From Nakamurella sp. (GTDB taxonomy: Bacteria; Actinomycetota; Actinomycetes; Mycobacteriales; Nakamurellaceae), in the NCBI GenBank assembly GCA_965277905.1, contig CBDIDW010000006.1, positions 83,410 through 115,409 on the forward strand: a stretch of 32,000 nt of DNA, in the 5' to 3' direction. Below are positions 30,927 to 32,000 of this stretch, piece by piece. The notes beneath the pieces are model-generated. The model ran no database searches. It saw only the letters and a program-made list of their open reading frames with translations, and was not told the DNA's origin. Numbering within the stretch: the stretch's first letter is position 1; each line of letters begins with the position of its first letter. The translations under genes and the position numbers were made by a program.

Positions 30927-32000
30927 TCAGCCGATGCCGACGGGGGTCTTCTGGTCTTCGCCGACCTGCTCCGACTCAACCTTGGCGTCCCACTCGTCAT
31001 TGACGTTCTCGGCGGTGACGGGCGCACGGCGCGACCGCAGGTAGATCAGCGTGGACACGCCCACGAGCAGGGCGAAGACGACCAGGATGCCGAGCAGGCC
31101 GTCGACCGGACCCGCGAGCACGTGGGTGATCCACCAGCAGAATGCTCCGACCAGGGCTGCCACCGGCATGGTCGTCAGCCAGCCCAACGCCATCCGACCG
31201 GCGACACCCCAGCGAACCTGGGCTCCCCGCTTGCCCACGCCGCTGCCCAGGATGGAACCGGTGGCCACGTGCGTGGTGGACAGGGCCACACCCAGATGTG
31301 ACGAGGTCATGATGATCACGGCACTGGCCGTCTCGGCGGCCATGCCCTGGGGAGCGGCGATCTCCACCAGGCCCTTGCCCAGGGTCCGGATCACCCGCCA
31401 GCCACCCAGGTAGGTGCCCAGCGCGATGGCCCCGGCGCATCCCACCTTGACCCAGACGGGGATTCCGTCACTGCTGCTCAACGCCCCGTCGGCGACCAGG
31501 GCCAGGAAGATGACGCCCATCGTCTTCTGCGCGTCACCGGTGCCGTGGGCCAGCGAGACCAACGTGGCCGACCCGATCTGCCCCCACCGGAAACCGCGGT
31601 CGCGAGGCTTGTCGGCCATCCGACCGGTGATCCCGTACACCAGCCGGGTGCCGATCGAGGAGATGAGCAGCGCGATGAACGGCGAGAGCACGGCCGGAAT
31701 GACGATCAGGGTGATGACCAAGGTCCAGTCGACGCCGGAGAACCCCAGCCCGGCGATGGTCGCGCCGATGAGCCCGCCGAACAGCGCGTGCGAGGAACTC
31801 GAGGGCAGGCCCAGCAGCCAGGTGAACAGGTTCCACAGGATGCCGCCGACCAGCCCGGCGAACACGATGGTCATCAGGAGTTGATGGCCACCTGATTGGC
31901 CGAAGAACGTCATCGGGTCACCCGCGTGGTGGACCGTTCCGGACGCGTCCGTGGTCGTCTTGGTGTATTGGATCTTGACGACCTTCGAGACCGTCTTGGC
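30927..32000 (-). CDS. pitA: inorganic phosphate transporter, PiT family (5' end beyond window)
   Basis: LVGGILWNLFTWLLGLPSSSSHALFGGLIGA, SLAHGTGDAQKTMGVI, MTSSHLGVALSTTHVATGSILGSG; frame open through position 32000. Confidence 0.93.
   Translation of the reverse strand, partial: AKTVSKVVKIQYTKTTTDASGTVHHAGDPMTFFGQSGGHQLLMTIVFAGLVGGILWNLFTWLLGLPSSSSHALFGGLIGATIAGLGFSGVDWTLVITLIVIPAVLSPFIALLISSIGTRLVYGITGRMADKPRDRGFRWGQIGSATLVSLAHGTGDAQKTMGVIFLALVADGALSSSDGIPVWVKVGCAGAIALGTYLGGWRVIRTLGKGLVEIAAPQGMAAETASAVIIMTSSHLGVALSTTHVATGSILGSGVGKRGAQVRWGVAGRMALGWLTTMPVAALVGAFCWWITHVLAGPVDGLLGILVVFALLVGVSTLIYLRSRRAPVTAENVNDEWDAKVESEQVGEDQKTPVGIG

Overview
High-GC actinobacterial chromosomal segment, Mycobacterium/Nakamurella-like in gene order (inferred from recognisable protein families, not from a database search). 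From about 6.1 kb to the right end it is densely packed with recognisable core genes: DUF1206, L,D-transpeptidase, denD plus a Gfo/Idh oxidoreductase, DUF3618, bcp, a tRNA, rdgB-rph-murI-rhomboid-cysM-cysO-mec-DUF2017-clpS, pncB-pncA, an amylosucrase-like GH13, a PTH2-type hydrolase, serB, ctaD, a flavoprotein oxidoreductase, tRNA-Ala, a DsbA-like protein, a MauE/DoxX-like protein, a double DUF3349 protein and a PiT phosphate transporter. The left ~6 kb is accessory-like. It holds an RTX-repeat secreted protein, small unknown ORFs, and a compact minus-strand cluster next to a tRNA-Lys gene. That cluster has an intact tyrosine recombinase, a second recombinase-like protein that has lost the catalytic residues, a small membrane protein and a small hypothetical. 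The items most worth a second look are: (1) the active/degenerate tyrosine recombinase pair and the palindromes in front of it; (2) a class-I-shaped tRNA with a UAG (Leu) anticodon but no long variable arm; (3) a CysO sulfur-carrier protein whose C-terminal VAGG is duplicated by an in-frame 27-nt-period repeat; (4) 18-bp direct/inverted repeats between serB and the PTH2 gene. I saw no CRISPR array, rRNA or clear defence operon.
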